Positions 51,601 to 64,000 are shown, counted from the first letter of the stretch. The stretch is DNA of 64,000 nt from Blepharisma stoltei ATCC 30299 (GCA_965603825.1 CBFDEM010000054.1:781980-845979); one strand, 5' to 3'. A program made the numbers and translations. The notes: generated by a model not told the origin, from the letters alone.

Positions 51601-52165
51601 GATTGGGCATTTTCTTTCAAGTCATAGTAGTTCCATTGAGCCTATATATGGCTTACAAATAAAGTGAGTTATCAACTGTTGTGGTATTTAGGCCGCCAAA
51701 TACTGCATAATATGGTAAGCTATTTCAAATGAAATCCGTAAATGCCAAATAGCCTCTGGCACCTGGGTTATCTCCATCAATAGATAGTTCTTGTCATTTA
51801 TTTTGGGCTGGATCATAGCTTCAAAAGTCATTTGCGGGGCCTGATGTTGTTCTTCCGCCGTACAGCAAAACTCTTTTATTGTCAGAATCATAAAACATGG
51901 AAGCGCCAGTTCTTGGGTCAGGCTTTGTTGATAAAGAAGGGGTGATAGATTTTCATTTGGTTTTCGATAAATCAAAAGAATATAAGTCATTAAGATAAGT
52001 TCCATCTGATAGGTAGCCTCCAAAGCAAACTAATTGATTTTGTGGTGGATCAAAGATTAGGTTTCCAAACCCTCTTGATAGCGGCGGTACGCCAGTTGAT
52101 GGAATTTCAGTTATTTTTAAGCAAAAAACTGATAATTCAATAAAGTAAATCAAAGAAAATTTCAT
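48668..52165 (-). CDS. 1150-aa surface protein: signal peptide, ~11-12 Kelch repeats, Cys-rich GCC2/GCC3-like repeats, 3 TM; introns 51642-51656, 51018-51032, 49050-49064
   Basis: Repeated FGG..ND.W/Y..W Kelch blades (many W=TGA); CLPCPAGTF, CSKCPSSYYCPIGS; hydrophobic helices. Confidence 0.88.
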
Positions 52166-52288
52166 ATTATCTATGGTTTAATAGTTTTTGCATCATTAGT
52201 AATCAGCTATACTATGCAAGATATATGCAAGTCAATGCTATTATTGCCTTTATAGTGATTTGAAACAGAATTATATGTAAAATTAATA

Positions 52289-54958
52289 ATGGTAGACCCT
52301 GCCAACATATTAGTCTTCACCGGAAAGTCTGATTGTAAAAGTGTTAGGCTAGCTATATCAAAGACTGAAAGAAATCAAAACTTTGAGCTAAGCTTCAGTA
52401 TCTTCCCATCCCTCAACAGCAAATTAAGGTCTATTAACCTTCTAACAATAGAAGATCTCCATATCTCGCTTTCCTATAGAAATAGAATTCTGATCAAAAA
52501 AGGTTCAATTGAACATCTAATCGACATCTCCTTGTCCAAAGGATACTGGGCTACAATAACAATCCACAATCAAGAAGACGTATCAAGCATCCTAATAAAT
52601 GGATCTTTGCAAGGCCAAGAAAATCCTTTTAGAGGTCCTCTTCTGCAAGCATCCTTTCAATATTTTACAATTGGATCTGATCGTTTTAGAGGCTTGATCG
52701 CAGTCCCAAAGTTTTCTCCTTACCCCTCATTTGATATTTTAGAGTATCATGAATCTCTATCATCTCGTCCATTTCACTCTTTAGAAGAATTTCTCCACTG
52801 AAAGGCGACTGACAAAATGAATGCAAGCAGAATCCCTCTAAAAAAACATTCGCCGACGCATGAAAGGGAATTATGTATTTGTCATGATATGGGAAGTAAT
52901 TATAAAATCGATAAAAGGCAAAATTCTATGGAATGTACTTTTAAATATTATCAATGGGCTAGGACGAATATTTTTATATATTTTTCTCATTCCAGAGTTA
53001 CTATTCCTCCACCTGGGTGGACAGAATGGGCTCATAGAAATGGGGCAAAATGCTTAGGCACTTTAATTACAGAATGAGATGAAGGGTCAAAAGAAACTGC
53101 AATTTTACTAGACAATCCTGAGCTATATGCAACAAAATTGATTGATTTAATGGAATTTTATGGATTTGATGGGTGGCTGCTCAATTTTGAATGCGAAACT
53201 AACAGACCTCGCGATTTGTTAGATTTCGTCGGACTTTTAACTGCATTAGCTCATAGCAGATTTGGTGACGATTCTTGCATCATGTGGTACGATAGTGTTA
53301 TCCTCAATGGAAAAATTTCATGGAAAAGCAAATTATGCCCTGAAAATATAGAATTCTTCAATAACTGTGACGCATTTTTCACTGATTATCATTGAAGGCC
53401 TGGAATGCCTCAAGAGTCAGTCAATATGGCAGGCTCAAGAAACTGAAAAGTCTACACTGGAACTGATGTTCATGGCAGAGGCACTTGGGGCGGAGGAATG
53501 TTCAATTCAAGAATTGGAGCCCAAGACTGTCCTAATACTTCTGTCGCACTTTTCGCTCCTGGCTGGTCTTATGAAAAATCAGGGGGAAATCGTGATGGAT
53601 TTTTAAATTTAAATCAGCTGCTATGGCATCAATCTGTAGTCCCAATTATAGACAAGTTTGGAGAAATTTATAAAGACAGACCAAAATTATCCAAAAATGA
53701 AGCTTTGTCAGGCTGAAAAGTTGAGGTTTTTACCCATGCCTGAGTACAAACCCCAAATAAGAATTCACAATGGGAAATTACTGATGATTTTGAATTTGTT
53801 TCAAGTTTTATGCCAACGAGAAGAGTTGTTGAAGTCAATTTATCTAAATTTGGCCTCTTAAAAAATGAAGGGGTTGTAGGAAAAGTTTTGGTGAAAGGGA
53901 CTGGTCCGAATGTGAATGACCCATTTTTGGTCACTTTAGAAGCTTTTGATAGTAATGGGAGGATGATTATGTCAGCAACCTCAAATGAAAGGATTGCTAG
54001 TGATCAGTGAAAATTAATATCACTAGAAATTCCTGTTCATGATGTTGCAGTTGTAAGGTGGATTGAGCAAGGACAAGATGCGGAATATTGGCAAGGGTAT
54101 TATGGTGCAAGATTTAAGGATACGAATGTGGTTGTAAAAGCAGCTGGAGGATCTTTGCTGGACTGCTTTTATATAAAAAAATTCACAGAGCCTATAAACA
54201 CTTGGTTTAATGAATGCCAAGGAAGAAAATTGTACTCCAGAGGGAGAGTTATTTCAGAGAATTCTTGGAACTCTGTAAGAGATGGAGATCAGCTACCTGA
54301 CTACTCTGTTCTTGTGGAAAATCCTTTCAATCAAGAAGTGGTTTATCATGGCACAAGCTCTCTTAAGCTTCAGCAGAGGAATATTGATCTTTTTCATATG
54401 AATTTACAGTTACCTTCTTTTTCTATCAAAATTATTTATCAAGGCAATGCAAAATTGATATTAAAAGACACCAATAATCAAATCATTTTGCATAATAAAA
54501 TTACTAAAGAAAAAGACAATGGCTGGGATGTTGATGAATACTATTATAATGAGGTTTCTGAAGTTATAGGTATGATTTGTATTGAAAATAATGGAGATAG
54601 TTATCTTGGCGGGCTGCATTTCGATATAAAACCATCTGATTTCCAATTAGGAATAAAAGAAAAAAGAATTTTGTGGAATGTTAAAAGCTTTGGTGGGGAG
54701 GATGTTTTTGATATTGAAATCGAGCTGGGTTATGAGATGATTCCTGAATTTGTGAGGCACTTCGATATTTATGTTGATGCAATTTGGAAGGGAAGAGGAT
54801 ATAGCAATTATATGGTGGTTCAAGGAGTTCCTAATGGAGCTAGAGTAGTTAACATTGTAGTAGAAAAATTGTCTGGAGAAATTAGTAAGACTCTTGAATT
54901 TACTTTAAGTGATGAAGAATTTAAAGCTGCCAACCCTTTTATTTCGAAATTTAATTAA
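52289..54958 (+). CDS. ENGASE: GH85 endo-beta-N-acetylglucosaminidase, 889 aa, with ConA/LamG-like N-domain and inserted FBA domain
   Basis: CHDMGSNY, FIYFSHSRVTIPP, AHRNG..LGTLITE[W], YGFDGWLLNFE, WYDSV, GTDVHGRG, SVALFAPGWSYE; all ORFs in one frame. Confidence 0.92.
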
Positions 54959-55536
54959 TGGGTATTTTAAAAGTCTAATTGTATAATTTTTTTTTCAACA
55001 AAATGAAATAGGAAATCAAATTTTTCTGATAGAGATAAATCATGATATTCTTCAAGACAATAGATATTTCTGTTAAAATAGATATAGTTTTTAAGTTAAT
55101 AATTCATGGTTTGCAATTAATATCAGTCTATATTTTAGATTGCCAGTTCAATTTAAGATACTATAACTATCAGAAGCAGATGTCTTTCATTAATTTGTCA
55201 TTTTCCTTTAAATATGTAACTATAAATAAATAATAAATATTATTATGTAAAACTGCTATTTATTGACAAATTCATGCCAATTTTAAATTAAAGTTATTTT
55301 TTTAATATTATTTTGCTAATAGAAAAGAATAGTTTAAAAATCAGTAAAAATAACGAATTAAAAATATACTAGTGAATTCTCGTACCCAGATTGCAATTAT
55401 TTGACTTTAAAATTTCTATTTATCAAGCTAACTCAGAAGCTTGGTTTTCACCCAAGCAAAATAATTCATCACTTGGAATTTGAGTAATGCATGCGATATA
55501 GTTTAATAATTCTTGAATTTTCATTTTTTAATAAAT

Positions 55537-56835
55537 ATGCTCAGCGGTCGATGCTTCAAAGATGGGTGTGCAAATAGACTTCATGGAAAGTGTGAATGTG
55601 ACGGCATCATCCTATTTTGCAAAAAGCACAGCTTTGAGCACTTAGAAAAATCAAGTTCTAAAGGGCATCAATTAATAAGACTTTTCCCCAAGCCAACAGA
55701 AGAAATCAATTATCCAATCATCAAGAAACTAAAAGAACTCAAAAAAGATATCAAAAAATACAAAATTGAGGCAATAAAAAACGCAAATAAAATCATAAAG
55801 AATTTTAATTCTGCTTTTGAAAAATATGTTTGCCAGATTAATGAGGCAGAAGCAAGATGCAATAAAATGCTTAAAATTATTTATAGTGACTTTGACTTAG
55901 CTACTGAAGGCGAGATAGAGAGTGTGCTTAAACTTAACATTTCAGACGCTCAGCGTGAGATGGCTGGATGAGATATAAAAGAGTGCTACTTGGACTATAA
56001 AGATATAAATGTAGCAATTAGAAATACTTATGAAATACCTTTTAATCCTTTTAGAAAACCTTTAGAGGATGTCATTGAATCAAGTGAGCTTTCGTATTTT
56101 ATGCATAATACTTCGGATTTTGCTACTATAAACTTAGAAAACTTCCAAATTTCTTCTAAAGTAACTCTTCCAACTCAAGAACCAATTCACGGATACACTA
56201 GAAGCTGTATACTTCCTGATCATTCTTATTTTTATTGCTGTAGTCCAAACAATAGATCAGGATTAACATTTATAATTGACAAAAATAAAAACGTGAAACT
56301 GCTGAGAAAATCGAAAAATAATTACTTAGCTGATCCTATCTTTTTTTTTAATAATTTTATCTATTTAATTGGAGGGTAGAATAAATTGGCAGAAAGGTAT
56401 AATTTTAAACAAAACTTATGGGAAAGTATGGCTCCACCACCTCAGGATTTGGATTTTACACTTAGCTGCAAGACATTATATAGAGATTCGATTCTTATAA
56501 CAAGCTATTTTATCCAAAAAATGATTATTTATAGCATAATTCAAAATAAATACCAAGAAATCCCAAATCTGGTGTTAAATGCAAATTATCATAAATTTAT
56601 GTTGAAAGGAAACAATAGAGTTTATTTATTTGAGAAAGGCGGAAGGATTTTCGAAAGCTCTGAAAACAATATTTTAAGTTGGAATCAACTTTGAAATAAT
56701 AACCTTCCAAATAATAACCCACTTCAATCAAGTGCTGTTCAGTATAAATGCTGCCTTTATTTCGTTCATTATAAAAATGAACTGTGGAAATTTGATCTTG
56801 CTTCTAAGCGAGTTTCTCAGGTAGCAACTTTCTAA
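55537..56835 (+). pseudogene. Cys/His Zn-finger + coiled-coil + Kelch-like gene, copy 1, one premature TAG
   Basis: CFKDGC..CEC..FCKKH..H; IYLIGG; TAG at 56377-56379 aligns with CAG in copy 2. Confidence 0.7.
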
Positions 56836-57506
56836 ATAAAGAGTTTTGCACTTTAATAAATCATTATCCTTTATCCGAAAAAAAGTTGGATAATTAATCT
56901 GTTAGCTCTTATACTATTTATAGATTATCTATTTTGCTAAGATTTTGCTATTAAGATCTCAGCAATCCAAAGAATTAGAGACTTTTTATATTCTATTTTT
57001 CTTTAAGCTTAAGATATCTTATATCTCCTATCAAAATCTAATTAAAATTCTTAATTTTGCTGAAGAAATCCTTGGATGAAATTTGATAGAACAGATAATA
57101 ATCCATTCAAAATTCTAGTAGTTTGTTCACTGTGGAGCTTTCAGAGTGTTTGCTAATAAAAATTAAACACCCTTTTGCTAATTATACCAATAAAGAGGCA
57201 TTTTAGCAATAATTTGATAATATGCAAAGCATTGAATTAAAAAGTAGGATATAAATAATTACCTATAAAAACTTAGAGCATTTATTTTAATTAATAAAAG
57301 AGAAAAATATGCCTTTGTTGGATGTTAAGAATCTAATAGGAAATATAAGAGTAAGAGCATAAATATGATAGCATAATCAGGGTTATAATCTTTCTCTGAG
57401 AGAATAAAATTCGATTAAGTAAAAAAAATAGTGAATTGAATAGCTTAAAACTGGACTATTTATTGCTAAATCTTTAAATTAAATAAGCCATTATGATTCT
57501 ATAATT

Positions 57507-58788
57507 ATGATTAGTAGAAGATGCTTCAAAGATGGCTGTGCAAACAAACTTTATGGAAAATGACATGGCCTTATTTTGTAAAAAGCACAGCCTTGAACAC
57601 TTTTCAAAAGAATCTTTTAAAAGGCACCAGTGTCTAAATTTTTACTTTAAGCCAGCAGAAGAAATTAAGCAGCCAATTATTGATAAACTAATAGCACTCA
57701 AAAAAGATATCAAAAACTACAAAATTGAAGGAATTAAAAACGCAAAGAAAATCATCAAGGATTTTAAAACTGCTTTTGGGAAATATATCGATCAAATAAA
57801 TGAGACAGAGCAAAGATGCAATAAAATGATACAGTTTTTATATAGCGGAGAAAAGGCTCTTGATGTTGCTAATGAAAATGATATGGAAAGTGTGCTTAAA
57901 TGCAGCGCTTCAAATGTTCAGCATAAGATGGCTGAATGAGATATAAAAGAATGCTATTTAGACTATAAAGATATAAATGCAGCAATTAGTAAAACTTATG
58001 AAATACCTTTTAATCCCTTTAGATATGATACTATTACCTCAAATGAGCTTTCATTTTTTAGATGCAGCACTTCTAATTTTGCAACTATAAACTTAGATAC
58101 TTTCCAGATTTCTTCTACTGTAACTCTTCCAACCCAAGAATCAATTCACGGATACGCTAGAAGCTGCATACTCCCTGACCATACTTATTTTTATTGTTGC
58201 AATTTGAATAGTAGTTCAGGTCTTACGTTTACTATTGACAAAAATAAAAATGTTAAATAGCTCCAGAAATCAAAATCTAATTACTATGTTGATCCTATCT
58301 TTTGTAAGAATTTTATCTATTTAATAGGAGGACAGAATAACTTGGCTGAAAGGTATGATTTTAAGCAAGACTTATGGAAAAGCATAGCTCCACTACCTCA
58401 GGGTTTGAATTTTAATTCTGGCTGCAGTGTTTTATATAGAGATTTGATTATTATAACGGGCTATTATACTCAAAAAGTGATAATTTATAGCATAGTTCAA
58501 AATAACTATCAAGAAGTCCCAAATTTGGTCTTAACTGTTAAATGCAATAAATTTATGCTGAGAGGAAATAATAGAGTTTATTTATTTGAGAAAGGGGGAA
58601 GGATTTTCGAAAGTGCTGAAAACAATATTTTAAACTGAACTCAAATAGGGACTAATAGCATTTCAATATATCTTAATCAATCAAGCGTTGCTCGCTATAA
58701 AGGCTGCCTTTACTTCGTTGTTTATACAAATCAGCTTTGGAAATTTGATCTTGCTTCTAAGAAAGTTTCTCAAGTAGCAACTCTCTAA
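57507..58788 (+). pseudogene. Tandem copy 2 of the same family; 5' frameshifting deletion and premature TAG
   Basis: Deletion near 57558 relative to copy 1; TAG at 58258-58260. Confidence 0.8.
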
Positions 58789-59929
58789 AATAAAAATTTA
58801 ATATTTTAATTATCCTTTATTCTTAACCTACAAGCAAGCGGTTCAGTTAAATCACCTTTGTGCATATGAATTTTTTATTTGAATTTACCTTCTTATTATA
58901 ACCAAACTCTCTTAAAAAAAGATTTTAATTAAAGCTTATCATTTCCTCCAACAAACGTTACTGTGTATAAGAGGACTTAAGATTAGATTAATTCAGAAGA
59001 TATTCAAAGTCCCCATTTTATTCTGTAGGGAGGCAGAGTGCTACCGTCTTCTTTAAGCCTGGCCAAACCCTGGTTTTGGAAGTGATATTATCAGAAAAAA
59101 TTTCTGATATCACTTTTCCTTTCGCAAAACGTCACCTTTTTTAATGCCAACCTGAAATATTCTCAGGCTAGAGCGCTATCGTTTTTAAGAGCCCTTTTTA
59201 GAGAAACCCTTTGCGTATGTCAGGAAGCTGTCTAATTTGACTCCCCTATTTCCCTCGTTACTCAAAGAATAAAACTCAACAACTTTCTCAATTCGGGGGC
59301 AAATGACCAAAGCCGCTTGAGCAGGTCTACTTCATAACAGACTTCCACTTGCTTTTCACTACATGTAAAAAGATGCAATTAACTACCCTAAGGTTCAGGG
59401 CTTTAATCAGCGCTAAAGAATCTCATGTCTCTCGCTTTGAAGCAACTAAACATCATTGGGCTATAATCGGATTTAAAAACTATGGACAGCATACACAAGG
59501 ATCCGTGACTAAAAGAAAAAATTGTTTGCCTTATACCATTTTATGTATTTAGCTAATAAGAATAATAATTTGTTTTAGATAAAGAATATCGAATCTCTAC
59601 TCAGATATTAATGGGTTTTAATATAAAGGATGATTGAAGGGCTAAAGAGCAGATTTATTAGGTAAAATTAAAAATTTCTATCTATTTCTTGACAGAAAAT
59701 AGTCTCTATGCGATTTTGATGCCTTTATCGAGGAAAATAAATTAGAATTATTTACTGTGAGAATGCTAATTCTTAATTTTTCAGAGAATAAGTCTGAACC
59801 TTGATTAGGATTTTATGTAATACAAAAATATAAATAAATGAATTATATAGCTAGTTCTATAACTGGCTAAAGGCATAAACCTTATATGCAGTCTAACTTA
59901 ATGCCCAGATATCAGAGTAATTTTAATTT

Positions 59930-60360
59930 AGAAAGGCAATCACAAATGTGATTCTGAATGCATGAATCCATCCTACAACTTTGATACTTTAATTATATTT
60001 GGCAGACAAAATATCGAACAAAACTCTGATTACTATAAGACTTGCATTAATTCCGATTGTTGTGGCCAGAAAGCCTTTGAAATGGTATATGTGACGATTC
60101 TTTTAATACTCAAAATTGTGGCTTTGACTGGAGGAGATTGCACTTGCGGCCCTGGCTGCTTAAATAATATACTATGAAATGGTAATTGTGATGGAGCCTG
60201 CAATAATTGGGATTCTGACTTGATAATCATTATTGTGGGCGTGCTGATGGTGTTTTCCAATAATGATTGAAAATGAAATATATAAACCGGAATGCAGTAA
60301 TGAAGATTGCTTATATGATTATGAGGACTGCCAATGCACTAATAATTGCCAAGGCAAAGT
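59930..60360 (+). pseudogene. Frameshifted LNR (Lin-12/Notch) repeat remnant
   Basis: CDSECMNPSYNFD, NCGFD/GGDCTCGPGC, NGNCDGACNN, PECSNEDCLYDYEDC spread over different frames. Confidence 0.65.
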
Positions 60361-60924
60361 AAATTACCGTTAAAAAGCTGAGTAATGCAAGTGGCATAAT
60401 CGAGTCTCTACTATCCTGATTTCCTTAATATCATTTCTATATCATAAATAATCAAATTAATTCTGTTGTCATATTCTTTAATTGTGTAAAGAGATGTTTT
60501 TTGGCCATAAGTATTAGTATAATCTTGATAAGCTTGCTGAAGAGTTGATCGTCAACATAGACATCCTATTGTACTTTGAACAGGCTCTTCTAAAATCTTG
60601 CTCTAATTCTAGGTCATTTGGTCTATTTAAAATTCAGATATCTTCTTTCTTAGTTCGTCTAAGCCTGCTTCCAAAAGCTTTTCAATGCCTTTTCTTAATT
60701 CATTTAACGTTGGCTAAAGTATGCAAAGACTTTTTCCTTCAGCTTGTTATTTTTAACTACTCTTTTGTTAAAAAATCTACTACAAAAATTCTTTTAATGG
60801 CAGCTTTAATGTTTCCCAAAGTGCAATTCACAGAATAAAGTTAAAGAAATGTGCACAATCATGCATATATAATTATTATAATGGCTGCTTATTAAAATCA
60901 AATTTTATTCTAAGTCTGCATTTT

Positions 60925-63900
60925 TTAGGGTGTTAGGGTGTTAGGGTGTTAGGGTGTTAGGGTGTTAGGGTGTTAGGGTGTTAGGGTGTTAGGGTGTTAG
61001 GGTGTTAGGGTGTTAGGGTGTTAGGGTGTTAGGGTGTTAGGGTGTTAGGGTGTTAGGGTGTTAGGGTGTTAGGGTGTTAGGGTGTTAGGGTGTTAGGGTG
61101 TTAGGGTGTTAGGGTGTTAGGGTGTTAGGGTGTTAGGGTGTTAGGGTGTTAGGGTGTTAGGGTGTTAGGGTGTTAGGGTGTTAGGGTGTTAGGGTGTTAG
61201 GGTGTTAGGGTGTTAGGGTGTTAGGGTGTTAGGGTGTTAGGGTGTTAGGGTGTTAGGGTGTTAGGGTGTTAGGGTGTTAGGGTGTTAGGGTGTTAGGGTG
61301 TTAGGGTGTTAGGGTGTTAGGGTGTTAGGGTGTTAGGGTGTTAGGGTGTTAGGGTGTTAGGGTGTTAGGGTGTTAGGGTGTTAGGGTGTTAGGGTGTTAG
61401 GGTGTTAGGGTGTTAGGGTGTTAGGGTGTTAGGGTGTTAGGGTGTTAGGGTGTTAGGGTGTTAGGGTGTTAGGGTGTTAGGGTGTTAGGGTGTTAGGGTG
61501 TTAGGGTGTTAGGGTGTTAGGGTGTTAGGGTGTTAGGGTGTTAGGGTGTTAGGGTGTTAGGGTGTTAGGGTGTTAGGGTGTTAGGGTGTTAGGGTGTTAG
61601 GGTGTTAGGGTGTTAGGGTGTTAGGGTGTTAGGGTGTTAGGGTGTTAGGGTGTTAGGGTGTTAGGGTGTTAGGGTGTTAGGGTGTTAGGGTGTTAGGGTG
61701 TTAGGGTGTTAGGGTGTTAGGGTGTTAGGGTGTTAGGGTGTTAGGGTGTTAGGGTGTTAGGGTGTTAGGGTGTTAGGGTGTTAGGGTGTTAGGGTGTTAG
61801 GGTGTTAGGGTGTTAGGGTGTTAGGGTGTTAGGGTGTTAGGGTGTTAGGGTGTTAGGGTGTTAGGGTGTTAGGGTGTTAGGGTGTTAGGGTGTTAGGGTG
61901 TTAGGGTGTTAGGGTGTTAGGGTGTTAGGGTGTTAGGGTGTTAGGGTGTTAGGGTGTTAGGGTGTTAGGGTGTTAGGGTGTTAGGGTGTTAGGGTGTTAG
62001 GGTGTTAGGGTGTTAGGGTGTTAGGGTGTTAGGGTGTTAGGGTGTTAGGGTGTTAGGGTGTTAGGGTGTTAGGGTGTTAGGGTGTTAGGGTGTTAGGGTG
62101 TTAGGGTGTTAGGGTGTTAGGGTGTTAGGGTGTTAGGGTGTTAGGGTGTTAGGGTGTTAGGGTGTTAGGGTGTTAGGGTGTTAGGGTGTTAGGGTGTTAG
62201 GGTGTTAGGGTGTTAGGGTGTTAGGGTGTTAGGGTGTTAGGGTGTTAGGGTGTTAGGGTGTTAGGGTGTTAGGGTGTTAGGGTGTTAGGGTGTTAGGGTG
62301 TTAGGGTGTTAGGGTGTTAGGGTGTTAGGGTGTTAGGGTGTTAGGGTGTTAGGGTGTTAGGGTGTTAGGGTGTTAGGGTGTTAGGGGTTAGGGTGTTGGG
62401 TGTTAGGGTGTTAGGGTGTTAGGGTGTTAGGGTGTTAGGGTGTTAGGGTGTTAGGGTGTTAGGGTGTTAGGGTGTTAGGGTGTTAGGGTGTTAGGGTGTT
62501 AGGGTGTTAGGGTGTTAGGGTGTTAGGGTGTTAGGGTGTTAGGGTGTTAGGGTGTTAGGGTGTTAGGGTGTTAGGGTGTTAGGGTGTTAGGGTGTTAGGG
62601 TGTTAGGGTGTTAGGGTGTTAGGGTGTTAGGGTGTTAGGGTGTTAGGGTGTTAGGGTGTTAGGGTGTTAGGGTGTTAGGGTGTTAGGGTGTTAGGGTGTT
62701 AGGGTGTTAGGGTGTTAGGGTGTTAGGGTGTTAGGGTGTTAGGGTGTTAGGGTGTTAGGGTGTTAGGGTGTTAGGGTGTTAGGGTGTTAGGGTGTTAGGG
62801 TGTTAGGGTGTTAGGGTGTTAGGGTGTTAGGGTGTTAGGGTGTTAGGGTGTTAGGGTGTTAGGGTGTTAGGGTGTTAGGGTGTTAGGGTGTTAGGGTGTT
62901 AGGGTGTTAGGGTGTTAGGGTGTTAGGGTGTTAGGGTGTTAGGGTGTTAGGGTGTTAGGGTGTTAGGGTGTTAGGGTGTTAGGGTGTTAGGGTGTTAGGG
63001 TGTTAGGGTGTTAGGGTGTTAGGGTGTTAGGGTGTTAGGGTGTTAGGGTGTTAGGGTGTTAGGGTGTTAGGGTGTTAGGGTGTTAGGGTGTTAGGGTGTT
63101 AGGGTGTTAGGGTGTTAGGGTGTTAGGGTGTTAGGGTGTTAGGGTGTTAGGGTGTTAGGGTGTTAGGGTGTTAGGGTGTTAGGGTGTTAGGGTGTTAGGG
63201 TGTTAGGGTGTTAGGGTGTTAGGGTGTTAGGGTGTTAGGGTGTTAGGGTGTTAGGGTGTTAGGGTGTTAGGGTGTTAGGGTGTTAGGGTGTTAGGGTGTT
63301 AGGGTGTTAGGGTGTTAGGGTGTTAGGGTGTTAGGGTGTTAGGGTGTTAGGGTGTTAGGGTGTTAGGGTGTTAGGGTGTTAGGGTGTTAGGGTGTTAGGG
63401 TGTTAGGGTGTTAGGGTGTTAGGGTGTTAGGGTGTTAGGGTGTTAGGGTGTTAGGGTGTTAGGGTGTTAGGGTGTTAGGGTGTTAGGGTGTTAGGGTGTT
63501 AGGGTGTTAGGGTGTTAGGGTGTTAGGGTGTTAGGGTGTTAGGGTGTTAGGGTGTTAGGGTGTTAGGGTGTTAGGGTGTTAGGGTGTTAGGGTGTTAGGG
63601 TGTTAGGGTGTTAGGGTGTTAGGGTGTTAGGGTGTTAGGGTGTTAGGGTGTTAGGGTGTTAGGGTGTTAGGGTGTTAGGGTGTTAGGGTGTTAGGGGTGT
63701 TAGGGTGTTAGGGTGGTTAGGGTGTTAGGGTGTTAGGGTGTTAGGGTGTTAGGGTGTTAGGGTGTTAGGGTGTTAGGGTGTTAGGGTGTTAGGGTGTTAG
63801 GGTGTTAGGGTGTAGGGTGTTAGGGTGTTAGGGTGTTAGGGTGTTAGGGTGTTAGGGTGTTAGGGTGTTAGGGTGTTAGGGTGTTAGGGTGTTAGGGTGT

Positions 63901-64000
63901 TAGGGTGTTAGGGTGTTAGGGTGTTAGGGTGTTAGGGGGGGTGTAGGGTGTTAGGGTGTTAGGGTGTAGGGTGTTAGGGTGTTAGGGTGTTAGGGTGTTA
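60925..64000 (+). repeat. Telomere (TGTTAGGG)n, about 384 units, G-rich strand running towards the end
   Basis: Near-perfect 8-nt tandem array; the complement CCCTAACA is the Stentor/Blepharisma telomere unit. Confidence 0.99.

Noticed and set aside
56376-56392. GT-AG intron removing the premature TAG
   Set aside because: It would be 17 nt and shift the frame, and the paralogue is collinear coding sequence here.
56377-58260. UAG=Gln recoding (old translation table 15), suggested by TAG aligning to CAG at 56377
   Set aside because: The other internal TAG (58258) aligns to CTG, and TAG ends bona fide genes (252, 25101, 41673, 45206); simple nonsense mutations explain both.
59100-59460. Structured ncRNA such as telomerase RNA or tRNA
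   Set aside because: No CCCTAACA template and no cloverleaf or box motifs seen; more likely decayed coding or repeat DNA.
60925-64000. Information encoded in telomere variants
   Set aside because: Variants are sparse small indels increasing towards the contig end, as expected from long-read error.

Overview
Eukaryotic, AT-rich, gene-dense chromosome end from a heterotrich ciliate macronucleus, most likely Blepharisma. Three signals agree: a (TGTTAGGG)n = CCCTAACA telomere from 60925 to the end, UGA read as Trp (shown by TGG/TGA swaps between paralogues and by conserved Trp motifs), and nine 15-nt GT-AG introns with an invariant A at position 10. The supplied ORF track uses the wrong code and fragments most genes. 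Re-read with UGA=Trp, the window holds about 25 genes, including SPT16, a UBA-PARP6/8-like-UBE2Q fusion, XMAP215/CKAP5, a membrane PDE, a sulfurtransferase, an acid phosphatase, CDK1, PSMB3, two CDPKs, a Rab, two SLC37-like transporters, a Kelch/Cys-rich surface protein and ENGase, plus several decayed duplicates that increase towards the telomere. Two things stand out. (1) A ~4.6 kb insert carries an intact 1110-aa bacterial-type AAA-ATPase-like + PD-(D/E)XK nuclease gene, is bracketed by related G/C-rich end motifs, and sits between two copies of a ~1.1 kb host segment: a candidate mobile or effector element retained in the somatic genome. (2) A GH85 ENGase has an inserted Fbs1-type N-glycan-binding (FBA) domain. 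All domain calls are from motifs recognised by eye; no searches were run.
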